This document shows, piece after piece, positions 18,088 through 27,743 of a DNA stretch of 64,000 bases. This DNA is from an uncultured Muribaculaceae bacterium. Its GTDB lineage: Bacteria; Bacteroidota; Bacteroidia; Bacteroidales; UBA932. The notes beneath the pieces are model-generated. The model saw nothing but the letters and a program-made list of their open reading frames with translations. It did no database searches and was not told where the DNA came from. The stretch is from positions 902 to 64,901 of the forward strand of contig CAYTYL010000001.1 in NCBI GenBank assembly GCA_964441715.1, given 5' to 3'. Position 1 is the stretch's first letter; each line of letters opens with the position of its first letter. The translations under genes were made by a program, and so were the position numbers.

Positions 18088-19450
18088 AATAATGCTGTAT
18101 AGGAAGATCACCGGCTACATTGAAAGCCACCTGAAGTCCGGAACGGACAAGATACTGCTGATAGAAGGAGCACGGCAGATAGGCAAATCATTCATAATCC
18201 GCGAAGTCGGAAAAAAGTTGTTCGATAACTTCGTGGAAGTGAATTTTGTGGAAGATGAGGAAGGGAACCGAATCTTCAAGGACATCAGAACGACTGAAGA
18301 TCTTTATCTGAATCTCAGCATGGTGTCAAACGGAAAGCTTGGCACGTACGACGACACTCTTATACTGCTGGATGAAATTCAGCAATATCCGCAGTACCTG
18401 ACAATGCTGAAATTCTTACGGGAAGATCGCAGATACCGTTTCATCGCCAGCGGAAGCCTGCTCGGCACAGCACTTAGACAGACCACATCGATCCCTATCG
18501 GAAGCATAACTGTCAAGCAAATGAGCCAGTTGGACTTCGAAGAGTTCTTGATTGCCAACGGATTCGACCTGACCGCTACAAAGGTCATCCGCGATAAACT
18601 GAACGCAAAGGAAACGCTGCCTGAAAATATGCACGGGCGGATAATGGATTTATTCAAAAGATACCTCCTTGTCGGCGGAATGCCCGATGCTGTAAATGAA
18701 TATCTCAACACCCACAACATCGTAAAAGTACGTGAAATACAAGAATCCATACATAGACTGTACTCTGAAGACGCATCAAAATACGAAAAAGAAAACGGCC
18801 GGAAACTTCTCATACGACGGATTTACGATATGATACCGTCACAGATGGAAAACAAGAAGAAGCGTGTGGTTGCGAAGGAGATACAAAGGAAAAAGGGAGA
18901 TCGGTTCGATGCCTATACAGAAGAGTTTGAATACTTGGTGTCATCCGGTACGGCCATTGCGGTTCACGCAGTATCAAATCCCCGCTTTCCTCTGAAGGAA
19001 TCCCTCCGGAAAAACCTTCTGAAACTATACTTGAACGATGTCGGACTGCTGACAGGAGACCTCTATCACAACAATATAAGACCTGTGATTAATGACGAAA
19101 GGAGCGTCAATCTCGGGGCCGTCTACGAAAATGTCGTAGCGCAGGAACTTAAAGCTCACGGGTACAACCTGTATTATTACGACAATAGACAAAAAGGAGA
19201 AGTGGACTTTCTCATCGATGATTACGACAACCTGACCGTGCTGCCTGTCGAAGTCAAATCAGGCAGAGATTACTCAATACACAGTGCATTGAACAACCTG
19301 ATGAACAACGCTGACTACAATGTAAAAAAATCACTCGTGCTGTCGAACGAACGAATAATCAAGGAAGAAGGCGGAATAATCTATATGCCTGTCTACGCCG
19401 TGATGTGTCTCGACCCGACAGGCGGAAACGAAGAAGAAATGGTTTTTTGA
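18077..19450 (+). CDS. AAA+ ATPase with C-terminal PD-(D/E)xK-like domain (COG1373 / DUF4143-type)
   Basis: The protein has a Walker A (GARQIGKS), a Walker B-like LILLDEIQ and a C-terminal GEVDFLI...LPVEVKSG nuclease-fold signature. The real start may be ATG 18092. The gene is visibly AT-rich. Confidence 0.75.
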   Translation: MKNVIMLYRKITGYIESHLKSGTDKILLIEGARQIGKSFIIREVGKKLFDNFVEVNFVEDEEGNRIFKDIRTTEDLYLNLSMVSNGKLGTYDDTLILLDEIQQYPQYLTMLKFLREDRRYRFIASGSLLGTALRQTTSIPIGSITVKQMSQLDFEEFLIANGFDLTATKVIRDKLNAKETLPENMHGRIMDLFKRYLLVGGMPDAVNEYLNTHNIVKVREIQESIHRLYSEDASKYEKENGRKLLIRRIYDMIPSQMENKKKRVVAKEIQRKKGDRFDAYTEEFEYLVSSGTAIAVHAVSNPRFPLKESLRKNLLKLYLNDVGLLTGDLYHNNIRPVINDERSVNLGAVYENVVAQELKAHGYNLYYYDNRQKGEVDFLIDDYDNLTVLPVEVKSGRDYSIHSALNNLMNNADYNVKKSLVLSNERIIKEEGGIIYMPVYAVMCLDPTGGNEEEMVF

Positions 19451-19512
19451 CATACTCCATGCGTATTCAGTCAAAAAATCCGTAAACAGGAGGATATGAC
19501 AAAATCGCTGTT

Positions 19513-19520
19513 TATATTTG
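19513..19520 (+). promoter_or_regulatory. -7 box TATATTTG upstream of the MFS gene
   Basis: TATATTTG lies at 19513-19520, 43 nt before ATG 19564. Confidence 0.4.
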
Positions 19521-19563
19521 TCGCGTCAAGCCGGAATCATGGCTTGCTCCAAAAAACATTCTG

Positions 19564-20928
19564 ATGAGTCTGTACTCCTATTTCAGAATCAGCAAGCCGT
19601 CCGAATCCGAAGTTCCGGAGGACAAGGTTGATTCAGAATACAAAAGGCTGCGTTCCAGGACTTTCTGGGGCGTCACGGCGGCATACTGCCTGTTCTACGT
19701 CTGCCGCATGACCCTAAGCGTCGTGAAACAGCCCGTGATAGACGGCAACGTGTTCACCCCCGAACAAGTCGGTATAATAGATTCCGCCCTGCTTTTCGTC
19801 TATGCGCTCGGCAAGTTCACCAACGGTTTCATTGCGGATTACTGCAACATCCGAAGATTCATGGCGGCAGGACTGTTCATATCTGCCGCGCTCAATCTGG
19901 TGATGGGGCTGACAGGCCTGCTCCAGGGCTGGGCAGGATTCTCCTCCGTTCTGCTTTTCATCATTTTCGCAGTGCTCTGGGGAACGAACGGATGGTTCCA
20001 GTCCATGGGAGCGCCTCCGGGAGTCATCAGCCTCTCCAGATGGTTTCCTCTAAGCAGAAGAGGCACATTCTACAGCATCTTCTGCGCCACTCCGTATTTC
20101 GGTAAATTCCTGTCCATGATTCTGATAGGTCACGTGGTGCTGTGGCTGGGATGGCAGTACGGGTTTATCCTCGCCACCGCAGCCGGAATAGTCGGCGGCG
20201 GACTGATACTCGCCTTTGTGTCCGACACTCCCGAAAGCAAGGGGCTGCCCTCCATACAGGCCCTGTCCGGGGAGAAGGCCGGGAAAGAAGAGTCCATGCC
20301 CACCAAAGCATTGCAGAAAGCAGTGCTGCGGAACCCCGCCGTATGGATAATAGCCTTGTCCAGCGCATTCGTGTACATAACCCAATACGGCATTTCCAAC
20401 TGGGGCATATTCTTCCTGCAGAAGGCCAAGGGGTATTCGCTCACCAATGCCACCTTCATCATCGGGCTTTCCGAAGGGATAGGCGTGCTCGGTACGGTGT
20501 TCGCCGGATGGCTTTCGGACAAGGCTTTCAAAGGCAACAGGCTGAAGCCGGTGGTCCTGTGCGGGACGGTCTGCCTGGCCACGATGTCTCTGTTCATGCT
20601 AACCGGAGGGGGCTATGTCCTGAACGTGGTATTCCTCTCCGTCGCAAGCCTCTCGCTTGCAGCGCTTTACTGCATAGTGGCTGGGATCATGGCTCTGGAC
20701 ATAGTGCCGAGAAAGGCCACCGGTGCCGCATTGGGAGTGGTGGGCATCTCAAGCTACCTCGCCGCCGGACTGCAGGGCATAATCAGCGGAGTCCTCATAG
20801 GCGGCTCACGCACCGGGGACAGCTACGATTTCACCCCGGTCGCCGTTTTCTGGATATGTTCCTGCCTGATTTCCTTTATACTGCCTGTCCTGAACTGGAA
20901 AGTGATGAAGAAGAAAGTTATTTCATAA
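19564..20928 (+). CDS. MFS transporter, organophosphate:phosphate antiporter (UhpC/GlpT-like) family
   Basis: The protein has a 12-TM profile. Its N-terminal region (YKRLRSRTFWGVTAAYCLFYVCRMTLSV, GKFTNGFIADY) resembles OPA-family transporters. Confidence 0.65.
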   Translation: MSLYSYFRISKPSESEVPEDKVDSEYKRLRSRTFWGVTAAYCLFYVCRMTLSVVKQPVIDGNVFTPEQVGIIDSALLFVYALGKFTNGFIADYCNIRRFMAAGLFISAALNLVMGLTGLLQGWAGFSSVLLFIIFAVLWGTNGWFQSMGAPPGVISLSRWFPLSRRGTFYSIFCATPYFGKFLSMILIGHVVLWLGWQYGFILATAAGIVGGGLILAFVSDTPESKGLPSIQALSGEKAGKEESMPTKALQKAVLRNPAVWIIALSSAFVYITQYGISNWGIFFLQKAKGYSLTNATFIIGLSEGIGVLGTVFAGWLSDKAFKGNRLKPVVLCGTVCLATMSLFMLTGGGYVLNVVFLSVASLSLAALYCIVAGIMALDIVPRKATGAALGVVGISSYLAAGLQGIISGVLIGGSRTGDSYDFTPVAVFWICSCLISFILPVLNWKVMKKKVIS

Positions 20929-20961
20929 ATTTGATATATTTGTGAAAACAACTGACAACCC

Positions 20962-21945
20962 ATGCTTTCCGAACAGAAAATCGAAGACGCCCTGGGGCAT
21001 ATCTTCGCAGACCCCAGATTCAAAAAAGAACCGGCAGGCCTTTATGACCCTCTGAGATATATGATCGCCATAGGCGGAAAACGAATCCGCCCGAGGCTTT
21101 GTCTGCTTACGTACTCACTGTACAGAGACAGTCTGGACGACACTATTCTCCAGCCTGCCTGCGGACTGGAGGTCTTCCACAGCTTCACGCTCATACACGA
21201 TGACATAATGGACCGTTCACCGCTCAGAAGAAAGGTGGACACGGTATGGAAGAAATGGGGAGAGGACACCGCGATTCTTTCCGGAGACGTCATGTGCATA
21301 GAAAGCTACCGCAGGATAGCTGCGGCTCCGGCCGACAAACTGCCTCAGGTTCTCGGACTCTTCACCTCCACGGCCATGGAAGTGTGCGAAGGCCAGCAGT
21401 TCGACATGGATTTCGAGCGCGTGCCGAAAGTCAGCATGAGCGACTACATGAAAATGATAGGCCTTAAAACCGGCGTGCTGATTGCCTGCGCGGCAAAAAT
21501 GGGCGCGATGATTGCCGGAGCCCCCGAGGAGGACTGTGAAAATCTGTACAGCTACGGATACTTCCTCGGGCTCGCTTTCCAGGTCGCCGACGACTATCTG
21601 GACGCATACGGTGACGAGAAAGTGTTCGGAAAACCCATAGGAGGCGACATAGTCAACGGCAAGAAATGCTGGCTCACCACCTATGCCCTCGAGAATGCGG
21701 ATCCGGACACGGAAGAAGCCCTGCTCGCCGCCCTGGCGCTTCCGTCAGGCTCGGAAGCGCAGAAGAAAGAAAAGATAGACAAGGTCAAGTCTTTCTACGA
21801 GGCTCTCAACGTGAAGGAAGCCGCCAAGGCTGAAATAGCGAGGCTGACGGAAAAAGCTCTGGAGTTTGCCGCGAAGAGCTGCGGCGGAGAAAAGATGCAG
21901 CGTCTCCATGACTACGCCGCAAGGCTCGTGGGCAGGACTTTCTGA
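20962..21945 (+). CDS. Short-chain polyprenyl diphosphate synthase (FPP/GGPP synthase-like)
   Basis: The protein has two Asp-rich motifs: LIHDDIMD and FQVADDYLD. Confidence 0.85.
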   Translation: MLSEQKIEDALGHIFADPRFKKEPAGLYDPLRYMIAIGGKRIRPRLCLLTYSLYRDSLDDTILQPACGLEVFHSFTLIHDDIMDRSPLRRKVDTVWKKWGEDTAILSGDVMCIESYRRIAAAPADKLPQVLGLFTSTAMEVCEGQQFDMDFERVPKVSMSDYMKMIGLKTGVLIACAAKMGAMIAGAPEEDCENLYSYGYFLGLAFQVADDYLDAYGDEKVFGKPIGGDIVNGKKCWLTTYALENADPDTEEALLAALALPSGSEAQKKEKIDKVKSFYEALNVKEAAKAEIARLTEKALEFAAKSCGGEKMQRLHDYAARLVGRTF

Positions 21946-21952
21946 AGCTGCA

Positions 21953-23218
21953 ATGGACAGGAAAGAGCTTGAAATCATGGCCCCCGCAGGCAATTTCGAA
22001 TGCCTGGCGGCTGCCATAGAAGGCGGGGCGGATTCCGTATATTTCGGTGTCGGCCGTCTGAACATGCGCTCGCATTCGGCGAACAATTTCGCTGCGGAGG
22101 ATCTGCCGGAAATCGTGAGGATATGCCGGGAAGCCGGGGTCAAATCGTACATGACGCTCAACATAGTCCTGTACGAGGAAGACATCCTTCCCGCACACGA
22201 GGTTCTCGATGCGGCGAAGAAAGCCGGTGTGGACGCGGTGATAGCTTCCGACATGGCGGCCATCACCTACTGCAGGGAGATAGGCATGGAAGTACACATC
22301 TCAACTCAGCTGAGCATATCGAATTTCGAAGCGCTCAAGTTCTATTCGGCCTACGCCGACGTGGTCGTCCTTGCGAGGGAACTGAATCTGTCCCAGGTGA
22401 AGCGCATACACGAGCAGATAGTCTCCGAGGGGGTCAAAGGTCCGGGAGGCAGGCCGGTCAGGATAGAAATGTTCGCACACGGGGCCTTCTGCATGGCGAT
22501 CTCCGGCAAATGCTACCTGAGTCTCCATGCCTACGGAGCGTCCGCAAACAGAGGTGAATGCTACCAGATATGCCGCAGGGGATATGAGGTAACCGACCTT
22601 GAAACAGGGAACAAGCTCCGGATAGACAACAAATACATAATGTCGCCCAAGGACCTGTGCACCATTGAATTCATGGACAAGTTCATAGACGCAGGCGTGA
22701 AGGTGTTCAAGATAGAGGGCAGGGCCCGTTCCGCAGAATACGTGAAACGCTGCGCCCAATGCTACAGGGCGGCGGCGGATGCCGTGTGCGAAGGGAGATA
22801 CACCCCCGAGCTCACCGCAAAGCTGAAGGCCGGACTGGCGGAAGTGTTCAACCGCGGTTTCTGGGACGGATATTATCTCGGCGCAAGACTCGGGGAATGG
22901 AGCGACGTCTACGGCAGCCAGGCCGGCAGGAAGAAGGTCTACTGCGGGAAAGTCACCAACTGGTTCGACCGCATCCATGTCGCGGAAATCGCCGTGGAAT
23001 CCGCTCCTCTCGAGAAAGGGGCCGAGGCCATGGCGATAGGAAACGCGACCGGTGTGGTGGAGTTCACGGTCACGGACATGCGCGTGGATCTGAAACCGGC
23101 CGAGAAAGCGGAAAAAGGGACGCGCTGCTCCGTAGCCTTCGGGGACAACATCGTCAACGGCGACAGGAACGCACGCCTGCGCCGCGGAGACAAAATATAC
23201 CTCTGGGAAAAAGCCTAA
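21953..23218 (+). CDS. U32-family protein (PrtC-like peptidase / Fe-S enzyme family)
   Basis: The N-terminus is ELEIMAPAGNFECLAAAIEGGADSVYFG. The conserved Cys motif is C-x6-C-x15-C-x3-C (22490-22573). I chose the start at 21953. Confidence 0.85.
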   Translation: MDRKELEIMAPAGNFECLAAAIEGGADSVYFGVGRLNMRSHSANNFAAEDLPEIVRICREAGVKSYMTLNIVLYEEDILPAHEVLDAAKKAGVDAVIASDMAAITYCREIGMEVHISTQLSISNFEALKFYSAYADVVVLARELNLSQVKRIHEQIVSEGVKGPGGRPVRIEMFAHGAFCMAISGKCYLSLHAYGASANRGECYQICRRGYEVTDLETGNKLRIDNKYIMSPKDLCTIEFMDKFIDAGVKVFKIEGRARSAEYVKRCAQCYRAAADAVCEGRYTPELTAKLKAGLAEVFNRGFWDGYYLGARLGEWSDVYGSQAGRKKVYCGKVTNWFDRIHVAEIAVESAPLEKGAEAMAIGNATGVVEFTVTDMRVDLKPAEKAEKGTRCSVAFGDNIVNGDRNARLRRGDKIYLWEKA

Positions 23219-23229
23219 TCAAATCAGAT

Positions 23230-25242
23230 ATGAAAAAGACAATCGCAATCGCAGTTTCTCTCCTTGCGCTGGTTTCCTGTGCGGACAGGCAGGGCAACAT
23301 CTTCGAACAGGAGTGGAACACACCCTACGGCATGCCGCCGTTTGACAAGATTACCCTTTCGGACTACATGCCAGCCATAAAGGAAGGCATAAGGCAGCAG
23401 AACGATGCCATAGCGGCCATCGTGGCCAACGGTGACGAGCCGACCTTCGAGAACACCATCCTGGCCCTGAGGAACAGCGGTGAACTCCTCAGCAAGGTAG
23501 GCAGAGTTCTGAACAACGTTTCCGGAACGGACGCCACCGCCGAACTCAGAAAGATAAACGAAGAAGCTTCTCCGCTGCTCTCCGCCCACAACAGCGGCAT
23601 CTACATGAATCCGGACCTCTTCGCCAAGGTCAAGGCTCTCCACGATGCCGACCAGAGCCTGTTCACGAGAGAACAGCAGATGATCATTGACGAGGAATAC
23701 CGTTCCTTCACAAGAAACGGCATCAACCTGGATGCTGAGGGACAGGCTGCTCTAAAAGACATCAACAGCCGCCTTTCCCTGCTGACGCAGCAGTTCTCCA
23801 ACAACCTCCTCGCAGAGAACGAGGCTTTCCAGAAGGAGTTCGGGATACCGGTGTCCGGATATACCGCAGAGATGACCTCCAACCCGGACAGGGACTATCG
23901 TGAACGTCTTTTCAAAGCCTACTCGTCACGATGCAACCATGGGGACGCCAACGACAACAAGGCCGTGATACTCGAAATCCTGAAACTCCGTGCCCGCAAG
24001 GCGGAACTCATGGGATTCCCCAACTGGGCGGCATACAGGCTTGACGGCTCTATGGCAGGCTCGACCGAAACCGTGGATGCGTTCCAAAAAAAGGTGATAG
24101 AGGCCTCCATGCGTGCGGCACGGAAGGACGTTGCCGAGATGCAGAAGATCATGGACAAGGACATAGCCGGAGGAAAGGTGGCTGCAGGAGCTAAGATTCA
24201 GCCATGGGACTGGTTCTATTATGCAGAAAGGCTCAAAGCCGAAAAATGCGATGTCAGCGAAGCGGACACCAAACCTTATTTTGAACTTTCGAAAGTAAGA
24301 GACGGCCTGTTCTATGCCGCCGAGAAGGTCTACGGCATCAAGGCCGAAAAGACGGAAGGCGTTCCGGTATACAATCCGGAGGTAGAGACCTTCCGGATCA
24401 TAGACACCGACGGAGCCGAAACGGCCCTGTTCTATACCGACTACATCGCACGTCCTTCAAAGGGTCCCGGTGCATGGTGCACTTCATTCAACGGCAGATA
24501 CACCGACGACAACGGCAAACTTGTCCTCCCCATAGTGGGCAACGTCTGCAATTTCGTACGTCCGGCGTCCGGAGACTGCCTCCTCACCGTGGACGACGTG
24601 ATCACGGACTTCCACGAATTCGGGCATGCGCTCAACTCCTTCTTCGCAAGAAGCACATACAAAGGCGGTGCAGGACGCACCGAAATGGCCGAGGTGTTCT
24701 CGCAGTTCAACGAGAACTGGGCGTTCCAGCCTGAAATTCTTTCGCGCTACGCCGTGAATCACGAGACCGGGGAAGCCATTCCTGATGAACTCGTGGCAAA
24801 GATCAGAGAGTCGCTGCGTTTCAATCAGGGATTCCTTACCGGAGAGAACTGCGCGGCAGGTACGCTGGACATGAAACTGCACGAACTCGGTTCAGCCGAG
24901 CTGGCAGATCTCGATCTCATGGAATATGAGAAGAAAGTCTGCAAGGACATGGGGCTCATAGACGAGATGATTCCCCGCTACAGGACCACCTATTTCGCAC
25001 ATATCTTTGACGGAGACGGCTACAGTGCAGGATATTACAGCTATCTGTGGACAAGGGTGATAGCCGAGGATGCCTTTGCCTATTTCAGGGAGAAGGGAAT
25101 CTACAATCCGGAGCTCGCCTACAATTTCCGTCATATCCTCATGGAGAAGGGAGGCTGGGACACCGACATGGCCCTTTACGAACAGTTCCGCGGCGCACAG
25201 CCTGATCCGGACGCCCTGCTCAAGGCACGCGGGCTGGAATAG
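23230..25242 (+). CDS. M3-family peptidyl-dipeptidase (Dcp-like) lipoprotein
   Basis: The protein has a HEFGH zinc motif (DFHEFGHALN) and a lipoprotein signal (MKKTIAIAVSLLALVSCAD). The 5' part of the 827-aa ORF is Arg/Gly-rich read-through. Confidence 0.85.
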   Translation: MKKTIAIAVSLLALVSCADRQGNIFEQEWNTPYGMPPFDKITLSDYMPAIKEGIRQQNDAIAAIVANGDEPTFENTILALRNSGELLSKVGRVLNNVSGTDATAELRKINEEASPLLSAHNSGIYMNPDLFAKVKALHDADQSLFTREQQMIIDEEYRSFTRNGINLDAEGQAALKDINSRLSLLTQQFSNNLLAENEAFQKEFGIPVSGYTAEMTSNPDRDYRERLFKAYSSRCNHGDANDNKAVILEILKLRARKAELMGFPNWAAYRLDGSMAGSTETVDAFQKKVIEASMRAARKDVAEMQKIMDKDIAGGKVAAGAKIQPWDWFYYAERLKAEKCDVSEADTKPYFELSKVRDGLFYAAEKVYGIKAEKTEGVPVYNPEVETFRIIDTDGAETALFYTDYIARPSKGPGAWCTSFNGRYTDDNGKLVLPIVGNVCNFVRPASGDCLLTVDDVITDFHEFGHALNSFFARSTYKGGAGRTEMAEVFSQFNENWAFQPEILSRYAVNHETGEAIPDELVAKIRESLRFNQGFLTGENCAAGTLDMKLHELGSAELADLDLMEYEKKVCKDMGLIDEMIPRYRTTYFAHIFDGDGYSAGYYSYLWTRVIAEDAFAYFREKGIYNPELAYNFRHILMEKGGWDTDMALYEQFRGAQPDPDALLKARGLE

Positions 25243-25256
25243 CCGTTCACGGAGGC

Positions 25257-25276
25257 AGCCGCCCGTTGAGGCGGCT
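25257..25276. terminator. Short hairpin between convergent genes
   Basis: AGCCGCC (25257-25263) pairs with GGCGGCT (25270-25276), and the hairpin overlaps the stop of the minus-strand gene. The stem is only 7 bp. Confidence 0.35.
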
Positions 25277-26555
25277 ACTCCCCTCTTATAATCCGCCTGT
25301 CTTCGTCCATGTCGATTCCGACTTTTCCGGCAATCCGTTCCCTGACTTCGGTGATTTTCTCCCTGTTTTTGATAACCAGGTTCTCGACATAGACCGCCGC
25401 CATGGAAAGGAAGAAATAGACCATCGTCTGCACGGTCATCGCCATGAACTGCGATGACGCAGACGAAAGGTCTCCACCGGCAACGTTCATGTTCAAAAAC
25501 GCCCTGACTCCGAAAGTGGTGGGGAAAATGTACGAGAACACGGACCAGAAACGCGGGAATGAGGTGACCGGCCAGGATGACCCCGTCAGGAAGAGACATA
25601 TCGGAGACATGAACAGAAAGAGTACGAACACCGTCTCCCTCTTGTTTATGAGCGTGCTCCACGCCATGCAGAAGAAGACGCAATCCGTAACGAAGAACAG
25701 ATCCAGAAGCAGGATGTCCGCAAACGCTCCTCTTTGAGGCAGGCCGAATATGGCAGGGACAATCATGGTTATGTACAGGGATACTCCTGCATATATAAGC
25801 CAATAGACCGCCCCGCGGCCAAGGACCACCCGCCCTACGCCATGCCCTTCAAGCCTGTCAGGCAAAGACGCGAAACTGCGGTTCTGTTCACGCATGGTGC
25901 CGGCAAGCAGGGACATGCCGTAAAACATGGTCTGCTGCACAATTACAAGAAGAATCGCCGACACGAGGAAAAATGTATACGAAAACGCCCTGTTGTAGGG
26001 GTTGTTGTCTTCGTAGGGAACGGCATGCACAAGCTGTTCGGCCTGTTCCCCGGTGATTCCCGCGGCGGCGTATCTTGTAATCTGGATTTGCCCGAGCTCC
26101 GACAGCATCACATGGTTGACGGCCATGAGCGCATTTTTATAGTATAGAAATGTGCTCATGTCGCAGTATACGGACACCGTGGCCGTTCTTCCGCCGGCTA
26201 TGGCGGAGCCGAAATCGGAAGGGAAAAAGACTATCCCGTTGACTTTTCTCTCCCTCAGTAGCTTCTCCGCTTCATCCATGTTCAGACAGCGCCGGGCCAC
26301 GGCAACCTCCCTCGTCGCATCAAGCTCCCTGACGAAACGTCTGCTTTCGGAACAGTCCGCCATGTCCACCACGGCGACGGGAGTATCTTCCACAACACCG
26401 TTGAGGTAAACGATATTGTAGAGAATCGGGTACAGCATCCCCGCCACAAGGAAAATCAGAAGCACTCCGCTGTCTGTGAAGATATGCTTGAACTCGTGCA
26501 GGGCTATTTCGAAAAAATCCCCGAACCAGCGTTTTGTGTATGAACTCTCTTTCAT
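25275..26555 (-). CDS. ABC-2 type transporter permease
   Basis: The protein has an N-terminal TM helix, a large extracytoplasmic loop and a cluster of about five C-terminal TM helices, which is the ABC-2/YhhJ-like topology. Confidence 0.7.
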   Translation of the reverse strand: MKESSYTKRWFGDFFEIALHEFKHIFTDSGVLLIFLVAGMLYPILYNIVYLNGVVEDTPVAVVDMADCSESRRFVRELDATREVAVARRCLNMDEAEKLLRERKVNGIVFFPSDFGSAIAGGRTATVSVYCDMSTFLYYKNALMAVNHVMLSELGQIQITRYAAAGITGEQAEQLVHAVPYEDNNPYNRAFSYTFFLVSAILLVIVQQTMFYGMSLLAGTMREQNRSFASLPDRLEGHGVGRVVLGRGAVYWLIYAGVSLYITMIVPAIFGLPQRGAFADILLLDLFFVTDCVFFCMAWSTLINKRETVFVLFLFMSPICLFLTGSSWPVTSFPRFWSVFSYIFPTTFGVRAFLNMNVAGGDLSSASSQFMAMTVQTMVYFFLSMAAVYVENLVIKNREKITEVRERIAGKVGIDMDEDRRIIRGE

Positions 26556-26561
26556 GGGCTG

Positions 26562-27731
26562 TCAGTTTGTAGGGAAATTCTGCTTCAGATATGCTCCTTT
26601 CAGCCTGTTCAGCACGAAAAGAGGCAGGAAGAGGAAACACAGCATGTGTATGACCTCGGGCCACCAGAATGCGAATCCGTTTCCGAACAATACCTCATGG
26701 GTGTAGAATATGTAGTAGTGCCTCAGCGGGAATGCGGCGGAAAGGCCCTGAATGTACGGAGGCATGACCTCTATGGGCAGGGTAAAGCCCGAAAACGAAA
26801 AGCCCAGCACGCTGTACAGCGCTCCGATGCTCAGAGCGAGCCTGGGCACAGGGAGACAGCCTATGATGAAAACGGCTATCGCCTCGCTGGAGAGTACCAG
26901 GAGCAGTACATCCGCGAACATGTTCCAGATCGAGCCGGCTATGGGGAATCTGGCCCAATGGTAGAGCATGATGATCATAATCAGGCCCAATGCCGAAAAC
27001 AGGATCGTAAAGACGGCCAGCTTTCCTCCCAGCACCGTAATTATGGAGCCTCCTCCCGTCTTCATCAGATGCCTGGACGTCCCGTATTTCAGTTCCATGC
27101 CGAGAGAGTAGACAAGCACGACTATCACTATCATCTCCAGATAACCCGGAAGCAGGATATTGCTCAGATAGTAGCCGTAGTTCGTGTAGGCGTTGCCAAT
27201 CTGGTGAGTATCCACCGCTATCGGCTGAATCATGCCCTTTATGGCATCGTCGCTCATTCCCCTCATCCGTAACATTTCCCTCTGGACTGCGCCGTTTGTC
27301 AGGTTTATCATCTGGAGAATGTCCTTGTACGCCAAGGCACCGCCGACAAAATACAGGCTGTTGAGGTAGTAGTCTATTTTCGGACGCCGCTGGGACTGTA
27401 TGTCCCTGTACATGCCCTCCGGAATGACGATTATGGATGTGACCTTGCCGCTCTGCATGGCCGCCCTGGCGCTGGAGAAGCTGTCGAATTCCACGACTTT
27501 ACCGAGCTGCGTGGCATCCAGCTGACGCCTGAAATTTCTGGAAAGGGAAGAATTGTCCCCGTCCACAACTGCTATGGGCAGATCATGGGGCAGTCCGTCT
27601 TTGAAAAAAGTCAGACAGAAAATGGAACAGAATGCCAGCACTGCCACCGAACCGAGAAGGTACACAGGTCTCTGCCTGAAAATCCTCAGTTCACGGCGTG
27701 CGACGGCTATCATGTCATGCCACCTTCCCAT
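26562..27731 (-). CDS. ABC-2 type transporter permease (paralogue)
   Basis: The topology matches the neighbouring permease, and the two genes are 6 nt apart. Confidence 0.7.
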   Translation of the reverse strand: MGRWHDMIAVARRELRIFRQRPVYLLGSVAVLAFCSIFCLTFFKDGLPHDLPIAVVDGDNSSLSRNFRRQLDATQLGKVVEFDSFSSARAAMQSGKVTSIIVIPEGMYRDIQSQRRPKIDYYLNSLYFVGGALAYKDILQMINLTNGAVQREMLRMRGMSDDAIKGMIQPIAVDTHQIGNAYTNYGYYLSNILLPGYLEMIVIVVLVYSLGMELKYGTSRHLMKTGGGSIITVLGGKLAVFTILFSALGLIMIIMLYHWARFPIAGSIWNMFADVLLLVLSSEAIAVFIIGCLPVPRLALSIGALYSVLGFSFSGFTLPIEVMPPYIQGLSAAFPLRHYYIFYTHEVLFGNGFAFWWPEVIHMLCFLFLPLFVLNRLKGAYLKQNFPTN

Positions 27732-27743
27732 CGTTTTTCTCCA

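Noticed and set aside
22759-23229. Several ORF-track entries have long N-terminal extensions: the 827-aa Dcp ORF, the 375-aa dehydrogenase ORF at 2111, the 450-aa U32 ORF at 21866, the 568-aa TolC ORF up to 30471, and the rsgA ORF up to 17999.
   Set aside because: The extensions overlap upstream genes or intergenic promoters and are Arg-rich or low-complexity. Each is followed by an internal Met with a proper signal peptide or a conserved N-terminus, so I used the shorter starts.
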